Shown: piece after piece, positions 37,142-46,863 of the stretch
Position numbering within the stretch: position 1 is the first letter of the stretch
Layout: every line of letters starts with the position of its first letter
Assembly: GCA_963706465.1 (NCBI GenBank)
Contig: CAVPMC010000008.1
Location: forward strand, 30,403-94,402
Reading direction: 5' to 3'
DNA from: Terriglobales bacterium
Lineage (GTDB): Bacteria; Acidobacteriota; Terriglobia; Terriglobales; Acidobacteriaceae
Length of the DNA: 64,000 nucleotides
Notes under the pieces: generated by a model
Told to the model about the DNA's origin: nothing
The model's input: only the letters and a program-made list of their open reading frames with translations
Database searches by the model: none
Program-made: the position numbers and the translations under genes

Positions 37142-38236
37142 ATGCTTCTGAAGATCGCAATCCTTCCTGGGGACGGAATCGGTCCGGAGGTGATCGATGA
37201 AGCTGTTCGCGTTCTCGAAACGATCGGCTCGAAGTCTGGTCACGAGGTTCGCCTGCAGAAAGGAGATGTAGGCGGCGCGGGGCTTACGAGCAGCCACAAT
37301 CCGCTGCCGCCAGACACATTGCAAACTTGCCTGGCGTCGGGCGCCGTGTTGCTGGGCGCTGTCGGAGGCCCGGCGTTCGACAAGGTGTCCCCGGAGTTGC
37401 GGCCCGAACGCGGGTTGCTTCAGCTGCGGCGGGAACTGGGCGCATTCGCCAATCTGCGCCCGGTGGTGTGTCTTCCGGGGCTCGAAGATTGCTCGCCGCT
37501 TCGCCCCGAACTAGTTCGAGGCACGGACATTCTGATCGTGCGCGAACTGCTGGGAGGAATTTATTTCGGCGAACCGCGCTCGACCGCGGGCGCTCCGGGC
37601 AGCCGGGTTGCAATCGATACCATGCGCTACGGCGAAGCGGAAATTGAACGTATTGCGCGCGTGGCTTTTGAGTTGGCGCGATCCCGCCGCCGTCAGGTGA
37701 CTTCCGTCGACAAAGCCAACGTGCTTGATTGCTCCCGGCTCTGGCGCGAGGTGGTTACGCGGGTTGCGCAGGAATATCCCGGAGTGAAACTCCGGCACAC
37801 GTATGTAGATTCGGCAGCCATGGCTCTGGTCGCGCGTCCTGCGGACTTCGATGTGGTGCTCACCGAGAATATGTTTGGCGACATTCTCTCGGACCAGGCG
37901 GGCGCCATCGTGGGATCGATTGGAGTGCTGGGATCGGCGAGTATTGGGGGTCCAGTCGCGCTTTATGAACCGGTGCACGGTTCCGCCCCGGATATCGCTG
38001 GGAAAGGTGTTGCGAATCCGCTGGGAGCGGTTCTTTCCGTCGCGATGATGCTGCGCCACTCGTTCCATCTGGATGCAGAAGCGGATTGTGTGGAAGCAGC
38101 AATCGCGACAGTGTTGAAAGCTGGAGACCGCACGCGGGATTTGGCCCGGCACGGTCAAATCTCCATCGGCACGGCGGAAATAGGACGAAAGATTGTGGCC
38201 GCGATCCGGGAGCAGGCAGTGCACGTCGACGCCTGA
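37142..38236 (+). CDS. leuB: 3-isopropylmalate dehydrogenase
   Basis: MLLKIAILPGDGIGPEV..., LLGAVGGP, VRELLGGIYFG, NMFGDILSD and HGSAPDIAGKGVANP. Confidence 0.9.
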   Translation: MLLKIAILPGDGIGPEVIDEAVRVLETIGSKSGHEVRLQKGDVGGAGLTSSHNPLPPDTLQTCLASGAVLLGAVGGPAFDKVSPELRPERGLLQLRRELGAFANLRPVVCLPGLEDCSPLRPELVRGTDILIVRELLGGIYFGEPRSTAGAPGSRVAIDTMRYGEAEIERIARVAFELARSRRRQVTSVDKANVLDCSRLWREVVTRVAQEYPGVKLRHTYVDSAAMALVARPADFDVVLTENMFGDILSDQAGAIVGSIGVLGSASIGGPVALYEPVHGSAPDIAGKGVANPLGAVLSVAMMLRHSFHLDAEADCVEAAIATVLKAGDRTRDLARHGQISIGTAEIGRKIVAAIREQAVHVDA

Positions 38237-38396
38237 ACGCCAGGTTACAAGCCGCTCTGCAGGCCGGTTAGCGCTTCCAGATGCAAATCTTTTCACGTAT
38301 CGGCAGCCGGCGAGATCGACGTACAATGGGTTCCGTTTTCTGAAGTACAAGGCACGATTCGTGCGTAGTGAGTTTCACAGAAAAATCCCAGGAGAA

Positions 38397-39116
38397 ATGG
38401 AGAACACATCCGTGAAGAAAACACTTGTAGCTTCGTTACTTGCTTCAATGGTTCTGGCCACAGCAGTGAGCACCTTGGCGGCGGACCGCAGCAATCTGAT
38501 ACTCGGTGATCGGGAGGTGATGGTGAAGAATCCTTCCAAAGTCATCACACCAGCAGCGCCGCACGATCCCAGCCTGACCACCATCGCCGGCACCCTCAGC
38601 GATTACCCGTACGGCGTTTACTTTTGCTGCTACGGCTATTACATCACGGGTCTGACCAACCTGCTCAACGTGGTTCCTGAGTACTGGCAAGCAGTTCCTT
38701 TCACGCCGAGCGCAAACATGACGGTAAAAGAGGTTGAAGCGTCGGTGGTATGGGACGAAGGTACGAATGCCGTAGTGATGAGTCTGAATAACGACTCGAA
38801 CGGTTTGCCGGGAAAAGCAATTCACACCTGGAGCGTCCAAAATCTCGCCACCATCGGGAGTTGCTGCCAACTGGCAACTGGGAAGAGCGTGACTGGAATC
38901 CCAGTGGTGAAAGGGACGCAGTATTGGCTGGTGGTAAGGACCAATTCAAATGACACTACCATTTTCGCCGCGTGGGAAGTGAATAGTACAGATATGAGGC
39001 CCCATCCTTTTGCTTCTTACTGTAACGATTCGAAGCAGGGGACGTGCAACGGGACCAGCGGCACATGGAGCGCGTCCAGCGGTATCCTGCCCGGATTTGC
39101 AGTGCTCGGGCAATAA
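38397..39116 (+). CDS. Secreted hypothetical protein inside the leu cluster
   Basis: The ATG at 38397 follows AGGAG. MENTSVKKTLVASLLASMVLATAVSTLAA is a signal peptide. The protein is Cys-rich (FCCYGY, SCCQ). I recognise no family. Confidence 0.55.
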   Translation: MENTSVKKTLVASLLASMVLATAVSTLAADRSNLILGDREVMVKNPSKVITPAAPHDPSLTTIAGTLSDYPYGVYFCCYGYYITGLTNLLNVVPEYWQAVPFTPSANMTVKEVEASVVWDEGTNAVVMSLNNDSNGLPGKAIHTWSVQNLATIGSCCQLATGKSVTGIPVVKGTQYWLVVRTNSNDTTIFAAWEVNSTDMRPHPFASYCNDSKQGTCNGTSGTWSASSGILPGFAVLGQ

Positions 39117-39315
39117 GGTTCTCTAAGCCTCGCAGTTGGGCTGGGTGAGGTGCAGGGATTGTCCGGCGCGGAAAAACGCGCCGGAATTTTATTTGGGTTC
39201 GCTCCGTCCATCGCGCCAGTACAAAATCTGGCGGCGACACAATGACATTGCTCCCCTCGTGTATTCCGCTTGGAAAAGCGGAGCTCGCGAGTTAGATTGG
39301 ATCGTCAGCAAGGCC

Positions 39316-40722
39316 ATGCTTGAGAAACTCACGTTGTTTGACAAAATGTGGAATGAGCACGTGGTCTGCGTTCCTGACGGACAGTTGCCGCTGCTCTACA
39401 TCGACCTGCATCTGGTGCACGAGGTCACGTCGCCGCAAGCATTCGAGGGATTGCGCGCAGCCGGCCGCAAGGTGCGCCAGCCTCAACGCACGGTTGCGAC
39501 GGTCGACCACAATATTCCAACTGAGCCGCGCGGGACGCCCATCACGGATCTGATCGCGGCACGCCAGATTCAGTGCTTGCAACAGAACTGCAAAGATTTT
39601 GGCGTGACACTGTTCGACATGGATTCCTTGGACCAGGGCATTGTGCATGTGATCGGTCCAGAGCTGGGATTGACTCAGCCGGGCATGACAATCGTTTGCG
39701 GCGACAGTCATACCAGCACGCATGGCGCGTTTGGCGCGCTGGCATTTGGCATAGGAACCTCGGAAGTCGAGCATGTTTTGGCCACGCAGTGCCTGCCGCA
39801 GCGCAAATCCAGGACGATGCGCATCGATGTACGCGGGAAACTTGCCGAGGGAGTCAGCGCGAAGGATCTGGCGTTGGGTGTGATTGGGCAGATCGGGATC
39901 GACGGCGCCACTGGCCACGTGATCGAGTACACGGGCGAAGTGGTTCGCGGGCTCTCCATGGAAGGCCGGATGACATTGTGCAATATGAGCATAGAAGCCG
40001 GGGCGCGGGCCGCCATGGTCGCGCCCGACGAGACTACATTTGCGTATATGAAGGGGCGCCGCTTCGCTCCGCGAGAATGGGATGAGGCCGTTGTTCGCTG
40101 GCGCGCGCTGGCTTCCGATCCCGGGGCACGCTATGACGCGGTCATAGAAATTGATGCATCGCGGCTCGCACCCTTCGTTACCTGGGGAACGAATCCGGGC
40201 ATGATTGCGCCAGTCGATGGAAGCATCCCAGAATTGCGGGATTTGAAGGCGGATGCGGATCGTCCGGCGGTCGAGCGCATGCTGGAATATATGGGACTGC
40301 AGCCGGGCACTCGCATTGAAGATATTTCCGTCGATCGAGTTTTTATCGGTTCTTGCACCAATTCGCGACTGGAAGACTTGCGGGCCGCGGCTCGAGTGGC
40401 CAAAGGACATCGGGTTGCGGGCAAGGTGCGGGCGATGGTTGTGCCCGGGTCGCAGGCAGTGAAGCGAGCGGCAGAGCAGGAAGGCTTGCACAGGATTTTT
40501 CAGGAGTCGGGATTTGAGTGGCGCGAATCGGGATGTTCGATGTGCCTGGGGATGAATCCCGATATTCTGCAGCCTGGAGAACGCTGCGCTTCGACCAGCA
40601 ATCGCAATTTTGAAGGCCGCCAGGGGCGCGGGGGACGGACGCATCTGGTGAGCCCGATGATGGCGGCCGCGGCCGCAATTGCGGGGCATTTCACCGATGT
40701 TCGCAATTGGCATTTTCATTGA
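39316..40722 (+). CDS. leuC: 3-isopropylmalate dehydratase large subunit
   Basis: [17 protein letters not shown]...[39 protein letters not shown] and [14 protein letters not shown]...CSMCLGMN (aconitase-type Fe-S ligands). Confidence 0.9.
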   Translation: MLEKLTLFDKMWNEHVVCVPDGQLPLLYIDLHLVHEVTSPQAFEGLRAAGRKVRQPQRTVATVDHNIPTEPRGTPITDLIAARQIQCLQQNCKDFGVTLFDMDSLDQGIVHVIGPELGLTQPGMTIVCGDSHTSTHGAFGALAFGIGTSEVEHVLATQCLPQRKSRTMRIDVRGKLAEGVSAKDLALGVIGQIGIDGATGHVIEYTGEVVRGLSMEGRMTLCNMSIEAGARAAMVAPDETTFAYMKGRRFAPREWDEAVVRWRALASDPGARYDAVIEIDASRLAPFVTWGTNPGMIAPVDGSIPELRDLKADADRPAVERMLEYMGLQPGTRIEDISVDRVFIGSCTNSRLEDLRAAARVAKGHRVAGKVRAMVVPGSQAVKRAAEQEGLHRIFQESGFEWRESGCSMCLGMNPDILQPGERCASTSNRNFEGRQGRGGRTHLVSPMMAAAAAIAGHFTDVRNWHFH

Positions 40723-40758
40723 AGGGGAAAGTTAGTCATCCAAAGGGTCAGGAAAATC

Positions 40759-41358
40759 ATGCAGCCTTTTCGCACCCACACGGGTCGGGTCGCGGCGCTG
40801 AATCGCGCCAACGTTGATACGGACCAGATCATTCCGAAACAGTTTCTGAAACGAATTGAGCGAAGCGGATTTGGCGAGTTTTTATTCTTTGATTGGCGAC
40901 GCGGAATCGACCCACAGCCCGACCCGTCATTCCCACTCAACGATCCGCGCTACGAAGGCGCGAGTGTTCTGGTCGTGGGAAAGAATTTCGGTTGTGGATC
41001 GTCGCGGGAGCATGCGGTATGGGCACTCGAAGACTTCGGATTCCGCGTCCTCATCGCGCCTTCGTTCGCCGACATTTTTGCCAACAACTGTGTGAAGAAC
41101 GGCGTGCTGACGGTCGTGTTGAGCGAAGATGAAGTCGCGGAGGTAAGTCGCAGAGCGGCGAAACTTCCCAACTACGAGATCGCCGTCGATCTCGAGCAGC
41201 GCAAGGTTCACGACGCGCATGGATTCGCCGCCGCATTCCAGGTCGACGAGTTCACCCGCCATTGCCTGCTCGAAGGGTTGGACGACATTGGACTTACCCT
41301 GCAACACGAATCCGAAATCGCCACGTATGAAGCTCGGCATCTTCCGCCAACTTCGTAA
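40759..41358 (+). CDS. leuD: 3-isopropylmalate dehydratase small subunit
   Basis: MQPFRTHTGRVAALNRANVDTDQIIPKQFLK..., GKNFGCGSSREHAVWAL and FADIFANNCVKNG. Confidence 0.9.
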   Translation: MQPFRTHTGRVAALNRANVDTDQIIPKQFLKRIERSGFGEFLFFDWRRGIDPQPDPSFPLNDPRYEGASVLVVGKNFGCGSSREHAVWALEDFGFRVLIAPSFADIFANNCVKNGVLTVVLSEDEVAEVSRRAAKLPNYEIAVDLEQRKVHDAHGFAAAFQVDEFTRHCLLEGLDDIGLTLQHESEIATYEARHLPPTS

Positions 41359-41480
41359 TCCCGATTGTGAGTCGAATTTTCAAAATGGGCGCCGCACGGG
41401 CGTGGACGCCGGCTACATTCGCAAGTCTCCGCTCGGTTACAATACTCTGACGCATACAAAACAGAAGGCGGTGGAGGAGA

Positions 41481-42866
41481 ATGCCCGAGGTTTGGAAAAA
41501 TTGGGAAGGCCAGGTCGTCAACGAGGAGTTTCCGTTGCTTCGTTATGTGGGCGGCTCGCCACACAGCGCCGTGTTTGTGAGCAAACGCGCTGACCGCGAA
41601 CCCCAGGAAGTGGCGATCAAACTTATTCTGGCTGATGCTGGGGATCCTGAACTTCAGCTCTCCTGGTGGGAGCTCGCGGCAAAATTATCCCATCCTCACT
41701 TGCTTCGGCTGTTTCAAAGAGGGCGCTGCCAACTGGATGGCAAGGAACTGCTTTATGTCGTGACCGAGTACGCCGAAGAGAGCCTGGCGCAGATCATTCC
41801 ATATCGGCCCCTTTCGCCCGCGGAAACTGGAGACATGCTTTCGGGTGTGGTGGATGCGCTGGCTTATCTTCACGGAAAAGGCTTTGTGCACGGCCACATC
41901 AAGCCCGCGAACGTCATGGCCATTGGCGATCAAATAAAAATTTCAAGCGACGGACTGTGCGGGGTGGGCGAGTCGAGTCGAGTTCTGCGCGAGGCGAGTG
42001 TGTACGCGGCACCCGAGATCGCGAACGGCGGAAGCATATCGCCGGCTGCAGACGTGTGGTCTTTGGGGATGACGCTGGTCGAAGCTTTGACTCAGAGTCC
42101 GCCGGTTTGGGAAGAAAAAGCAACAACGGACCCCAAGTTGCCGCAGAGTTTGCCGGAGCCATTTCTGGATATTGCGAGTCACAGCCTGCGCCCGGTGCCG
42201 CGACTTAGGTGGACAATTGCTGAAATTGCGAACAGGTTGCGGCAATCCTCGCCCCCAGATCGGGGAACAGCAATACGTCCAACGAAAAGTGCGCTGGCGA
42301 CTTGGGGTTACATCATTCCAGCTATCGTGGCCGCGATATTGTTGCTGGCAATTCTTGGTCCCAAGCTGTTTCACCGTAATTCGAGTGCTGACGTAAGTCA
42401 GGCCAGCACGGTCGAATCCGCGGCGGGACAGACACAAGGGCAGGGGGTTAACGCGGGACAGTCCGCGCAGCTCCCTAGCGGCAAGGGGAAGTCGAAAGCC
42501 TCCAGTGTGCCGGTTGCCACGAATACCTCATCCGTCGAAGCGGGCGGTTCCACGCTCGGTCGAGCGCAGGGTGCGGTAGATCAGCAAGTCTTGCCTGAGG
42601 TGTCACGGAATGCCCTGGGAACGGTTCACGGCAAGCTTAAGGTCAGGATCAAGGTGACGGTGGATTCGTCGGGGAAGGTGATCCTGGCAAAATTCGAATC
42701 GCGGGGGCCGAGCAAGTATTTTGCCGAGCGATCTCTTCAGGCCGCGCGACAGTCGACGTTTAAGCCGCCGCAGGTCGGCGGGCAGGGTGTTCCGAGCGAG
42801 TGGGTTCTGAGATTCGAGTTTGAGAGAAGCGGAGCGAACGTTCATCCCACGCAAACCTACCCTTAG
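41481..42866 (+). CDS. Ser/Thr kinase-like domain (HGH in place of HRD), TM segment, C-terminal TonB-C domain
   Basis: EVAIKLI (VAIK), FVHGHIKPANVM (catalytic loop with Asp replaced by His), ISSDGL (DFG-like) and YAAPEI (APE). A hydrophobic WGYIIPAIVAAILLLAILG segment follows. The C-terminus GKLKVRIKVTVDSSGKVILAKFES...SLQAARQSTFKPP is TonB_C-like. Confidence 0.7.
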   Translation: MPEVWKNWEGQVVNEEFPLLRYVGGSPHSAVFVSKRADREPQEVAIKLILADAGDPELQLSWWELAAKLSHPHLLRLFQRGRCQLDGKELLYVVTEYAEESLAQIIPYRPLSPAETGDMLSGVVDALAYLHGKGFVHGHIKPANVMAIGDQIKISSDGLCGVGESSRVLREASVYAAPEIANGGSISPAADVWSLGMTLVEALTQSPPVWEEKATTDPKLPQSLPEPFLDIASHSLRPVPRLRWTIAEIANRLRQSSPPDRGTAIRPTKSALATWGYIIPAIVAAILLLAILGPKLFHRNSSADVSQASTVESAAGQTQGQGVNAGQSAQLPSGKGKSKASSVPVATNTSSVEAGGSTLGRAQGAVDQQVLPEVSRNALGTVHGKLKVRIKVTVDSSGKVILAKFESRGPSKYFAERSLQAARQSTFKPPQVGGQGVPSEWVLRFEFERSGANVHPTQTYP

Positions 42867-43225
42867 CACATCCTGGCTGGACTCTGGCCAAACTTGGCTC
42901 GTTTACCCGAACGGGCGTCCGTGCCCACGCGGACATTGCGATTTCTGAATTTTATTTCGCAACGCGCTCGCCTTCTTTCCACCAGCGAGGTGGAATAAAG
43001 TTGAGATTCCGGCTGGTTCCAAGCTGGCGATTTGTAATGTTTTCTTGACAGTGGAAGTCTATGGTGGTAGAGCTGTCAGACCACAGTTTTTTTGGGTATT
43101 AGCAAATGCCGGCGAGAAACGCGCGCGAACAAGTGTGCGTGAATTGGCTGCATTTGTGGAACTTGGCAGGCGTTTAAACGCTGCACGAACCAGCGATCAA
43201 CATGCAAACTTTAGCGGAGGCCCCC

Positions 43226-46200
43226 ATGCGTTCCCTGACGAAGTCCATTCGGCTGGTCCTTTTCGGTATTGGTTCGCTTCTGGCTTGTTCAGTGCTGTTG
43301 GCACAGACTTATACGGGCCGTATCCTGGGCACTGTGACGGACCAGACCGGGGCCGCGTTGACCGGCGCCCAAGTCGAGATCACCGATGTAGAAAGAGGGA
43401 TTACTCGGACTGTGACCACCGACCAAGCTGGCGAATACGTGGCCCCCGACCTTTCGCCCGGTGTTTACAAGGTTCATGTCTCGGGCAAAGGCTTTAAGTC
43501 GGTCGAGCGGCCCAACATCCTGTTGGAAGTGGCCAAAGACATCAGGATTGACCTAGGGCTGCAACCTGGACAAGTGTCCGAAACCATCGTGGTGAGTGGC
43601 GAAGTTCCCCTGCTGGACACGACTTCGTCGACCCTGGGTGGAACACTCAGCAATGCCGCCATCAATGACCTGCCGCTCAATGGCCGCAATTATGAAAACT
43701 TGCTGCAGTTGCGACCCGGAGTAGTGCGCTATCCGGGGGGAGGGTTCTCGACCACCAGCAGCAACGGACTCCGGGCCGAGGACAATGCCTATGTCATCGA
43801 CGGCCTGTTTAACAGCGAACCTTTCTCAGGGCAAGGAATTATCAATGGAGCTGGCATTGCAGGAGACTCGGCGACGATTCTGCCCATCGACGCAATCCAG
43901 GAATTCAACTTGCAGGAGAATCCACCGGCGGAATATGGCTGGAAGCCGGGCGCGATCGTTAATGTTGGGCTGAAGTCGGGCACCAATGGTCTGCACGGTA
44001 CCGCGTTCGCTTTCGGCCGTGATGGAGTGATGGATGCGCGCAATTTCTTCAATTGTGCAGCGAATCCGTGCGCCTTCAGCCAATCCCCGAGCCCGAAGAA
44101 TCCCCGCACTCTGGAGCAGTTTGGCGGATCCATTGGCGGGCCGATCATCAAAGATAAAGCTTTTTTCTTTGGAGCGTATGAAGGACAACGATATGACGTG
44201 GGCAACCAGTTCGGAGGCGTGACCAGTCCATCGATGGTACCTTTGCCCGCCCCTGCTACGCCTAACTGCACTTCTCCCACAATTTCGGGTGACTGTTCCG
44301 GCAGTATTCCCAATGCAATTGCTGATCTGCTGGCAAACGGTGTACCCATCAGCCCGGCCAGTCTCAAAATCGCGGGCTGCGCGATGTCGGGATCTACGGT
44401 CACCTGCAACGGCACCGGCTTTCCCCTTAACAACAATCCGACCATCAACATCGTCAACGGATTCCCCAACCAGGTAGGCGTCGACAACGTAGTGGCCAAG
44501 GTGGACTACAACCTGAGTCAACGGCAGAGTTTGAACGCCATGTATTTTTTTGGCAATAACTCGGGAACGGTCGAGGATTTTCCGGAGCTGCAAAATAAGT
44601 GGCGGTCTGACATACACACCCGCGCCCAGGTGGTCGGGGGAAGTTGGATATTTACTCCGAGCGCGCGTTGGGTCAATGAAGCCAGATTCGGCTACAACCG
44701 GCTCTACCAGCCGACTTTGCCGGGCGACCTCAACACGCCGGCGTCCAGTTACGGTCTGAATACAGGTGTGAACGGTCCATTCAGTGGAGGCCTGCCGCGC
44801 ATCGGCTTTGGCGGATTCTTCTTCCCCGGACTCGGCGGCTTCAAGTGGCCGAAGTTCCAGGGGCCCGACTCGATCACCCAGTTCATCGACCATATTTCCT
44901 ACACCGCCGGAAAGCACGCTATTAAGTTCGGCGGTGAGGTCCACCGAAACTACGTGAGTGGAGGCGCCTTCGGCAACGCCAGGGGCAGCATAACTTTCCT
45001 GGGCGGCGTGGCGCTGGCACCCACCGCACTGAACCCCAACGGATCTACGCAACTGGAAGATTTTTTCGCGGGCGATCCTTTCAAGGCGTCGGTGCTCACG
45101 GGCGATCCCACGCGGCAATCGCATAGCTGGTCCTATGCGGGGTTTGTGCAGGACGACTGGCGGGTGAGCAAGACGTTAACCGTGAATCTGGGATTGCGCT
45201 ATGAATTTAGCTCTGTCATCAAAGAGGCGCACAACCTGCTGGGCAACTTTGATCCAAACCTTGGCATGGTGCAGGTAGGCAAACAAATCGGCAGCGCTTA
45301 CAACGCGGATCCGAAGGACTTCGGTCCGCGCTTTGGTTTCGCGTGGGATCTCAGCGGCAAGGGGACCACGGTCGTACGCGGTGGTGGTGGCCTGATCTAC
45401 GAATTCGTGAACTGGGAAAGTTTCCTGGCTTTCAACAACAGCTTCGGACTGCCCAGTGTTCCAACCGGGGCCGTTATATCGGGCACTGGCACTGCTAACC
45501 CAGTGACCGCGGGTGGCACGATCACAACCGGCAATCTAACCATCCCGCCATTCCCACCGCAGTGGGACAGCAGCACACCGCTCTACGGCAACCTCAGCAG
45601 CAGCGGGATCAACTGCGATCCGAACGCGGCAGGTCCATGCGCAATCATGGGGGTCGATCGCAATCTCACCACCCCGTACGTGTGGAACTGGAATTTGAAC
45701 ATTCAACACGCTTTCGCGCCTAACCTGACGCTGGAGGTCGGTTACGTCGGCAACCACGGAGCCAATCTGACCGGCATTCGGGATATCAATCAGGAGACGC
45801 CAGGGACCGATTCGCAGGCGACCCGACCTTTCAACGCGAAGTTTCCCTACCTGAGCAACATTTTTCAGATGGGCAACTTCTACCGATCGAACTACAACGG
45901 CCTGCAGGCAACGCTGACCTCCAGAAACTATCATGGCCTCGGCCTGGTCGCAGGCTACACATACGCGCACGCGCTCGATGATGTGGCGGCAAACTGGGAC
46001 TTCGGCGCGGGTTACGGCCTTCCCCAGGATTCCACCAATGTTGGCAAGGAATACGCCAACAGCGATTTCGACGTGCGTCATCGGCTCACGCTGTCGTTAA
46101 CCTATGCGCTTCCGAGCCGAAAAGGCTACGGCCAGATGTTAGAAGGCTGGGAAATTAATTCGATTGCGACCCTGCAGAGTCCGCAATTTTGGGGGCCGAT

Positions 46201-46762
46201 TGATTTAACCACCGACATTTCCGGACTGGGCGGCCTTCCGGTCAGTCCGCCGCAGGGTACGCCGCAGCGTTGGGATTTTTTTGGCAATCCCTCTGACTTT
46301 AAGGCCGGACCGCAGCCGATCCCCTATTTTTCTGGGAGCAGCCTGCCAGCAGCGTGTACCAGCGAAGCGGCCGCGATTGGAGCCACCTCAACGCTGGATG
46401 CGTGGGGATGCTTCGTTAAGGGAAGCTCGTTCATGATTCCTCCTCCGCAAGGACAGTTCGGGACCATGCGCCGGAATATGTTCCCCGATTCAGGTTTCAG
46501 GAACCTGGACTTCTCGCTGGCCAAGAACTGGCATTTCGGTGAGCGCTTGCATGCCCAGTTCCGCGCCGAGTTCTTCAATATTCTGAACCACCCGAATTTT
46601 GCCAATCCCTACGGAGGTCAGAACGGCTACGGACAGAATGATCCTGGGGCGCCGGGAACGTTTGGTTGCGAATGTGCCACGCCTGATATCGCGGCTGCGA
46701 ATCCGGCCGTGGGTTCGGGAGGTCCGCGCTCGATCCAGTTGGGTCTGAAGTTGGCATTCTAG
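43226..46762 (+). CDS. TonB-dependent receptor-like outer membrane protein with CarboxypepD_reg N-domain
   Basis: The ATG at 43226 follows GGAGG. Signal peptide, then GRILGTVTDQTGAALTGAQVEITDVERGITRTVTTDQAGEYVAPDLSPGVYKV (CarboxypepD_reg). Next come a plug-like region and a long beta-barrel ending in ...IQLGLKLAF. Confidence 0.85.
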   Translation: MRSLTKSIRLVLFGIGSLLACSVLLAQTYTGRILGTVTDQTGAALTGAQVEITDVERGITRTVTTDQAGEYVAPDLSPGVYKVHVSGKGFKSVERPNILLEVAKDIRIDLGLQPGQVSETIVVSGEVPLLDTTSSTLGGTLSNAAINDLPLNGRNYENLLQLRPGVVRYPGGGFSTTSSNGLRAEDNAYVIDGLFNSEPFSGQGIINGAGIAGDSATILPIDAIQEFNLQENPPAEYGWKPGAIVNVGLKSGTNGLHGTAFAFGRDGVMDARNFFNCAANPCAFSQSPSPKNPRTLEQFGGSIGGPIIKDKAFFFGAYEGQRYDVGNQFGGVTSPSMVPLPAPATPNCTSPTISGDCSGSIPNAIADLLANGVPISPASLKIAGCAMSGSTVTCNGTGFPLNNNPTINIVNGFPNQVGVDNVVAKVDYNLSQRQSLNAMYFFGNNSGTVEDFPELQNKWRSDIHTRAQVVGGSWIFTPSARWVNEARFGYNRLYQPTLPGDLNTPASSYGLNTGVNGPFSGGLPRIGFGGFFFPGLGGFKWPKFQGPDSITQFIDHISYTAGKHAIKFGGEVHRNYVSGGAFGNARGSITFLGGVALAPTALNPNGSTQLEDFFAGDPFKASVLTGDPTRQSHSWSYAGFVQDDWRVSKTLTVNLGLRYEFSSVIKEAHNLLGNFDPNLGMVQVGKQIGSAYNADPKDFGPRFGFAWDLSGKGTTVVRGGGGLIYEFVNWESFLAFNNSFGLPSVPTGAVISGTGTANPVTAGGTITTGNLTIPPFPPQWDSSTPLYGNLSSSGINCDPNAAGPCAIMGVDRNLTTPYVWNWNLNIQHAFAPNLTLEVGYVGNHGANLTGIRDINQETPGTDSQATRPFNAKFPYLSNIFQMGNFYRSNYNGLQATLTSRNYHGLGLVAGYTYAHALDDVAANWDFGAGYGLPQDSTNVGKEYANSDFDVRHRLTLSLTYALPSRKGYGQMLEGWEINSIATLQSPQFWGPIDLTTDISGLGGLPVSPPQGTPQRWDFFGNPSDFKAGPQPIPYFSGSSLPAACTSEAAAIGATSTLDAWGCFVKGSSFMIPPPQGQFGTMRRNMFPDSGFRNLDFSLAKNWHFGERLHAQFRAEFFNILNHPNFANPYGGQNGYGQNDPGAPGTFGCECATPDIAAANPAVGSGGPRSIQLGLKLAF

Positions 46763-46863
46763 CTGGCAGCTTTTGAGATATGCGCGAGAGCCGGACCGGC
46801 TATAGCGTTCGGCTTTTTTCGCGAACAAAGGTGCAACCAGTAAATCAGAATGGACAATGAAAC

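Noticed and set aside
39292-40719. 475-aa ORF antisense to leuC
   Set aside because: The plus-strand frame encodes an unmistakable LeuC with Fe-S ligands. The antisense product is Arg/Ala/Pro-rich with no motif. This is a typical high-GC shadow ORF.
43789-45124. 236-aa and 432-aa ORFs antisense to the TonB-dependent receptor gene
   Set aside because: They are shadow ORFs inside a well-supported 1178-aa receptor gene and have no recognisable domains.
46788-46816. Intrinsic terminator after the TonB-dependent receptor gene
   Set aside because: Only 4-6-bp stems with awkward loops precede the T6 run. This is too weak to annotate.
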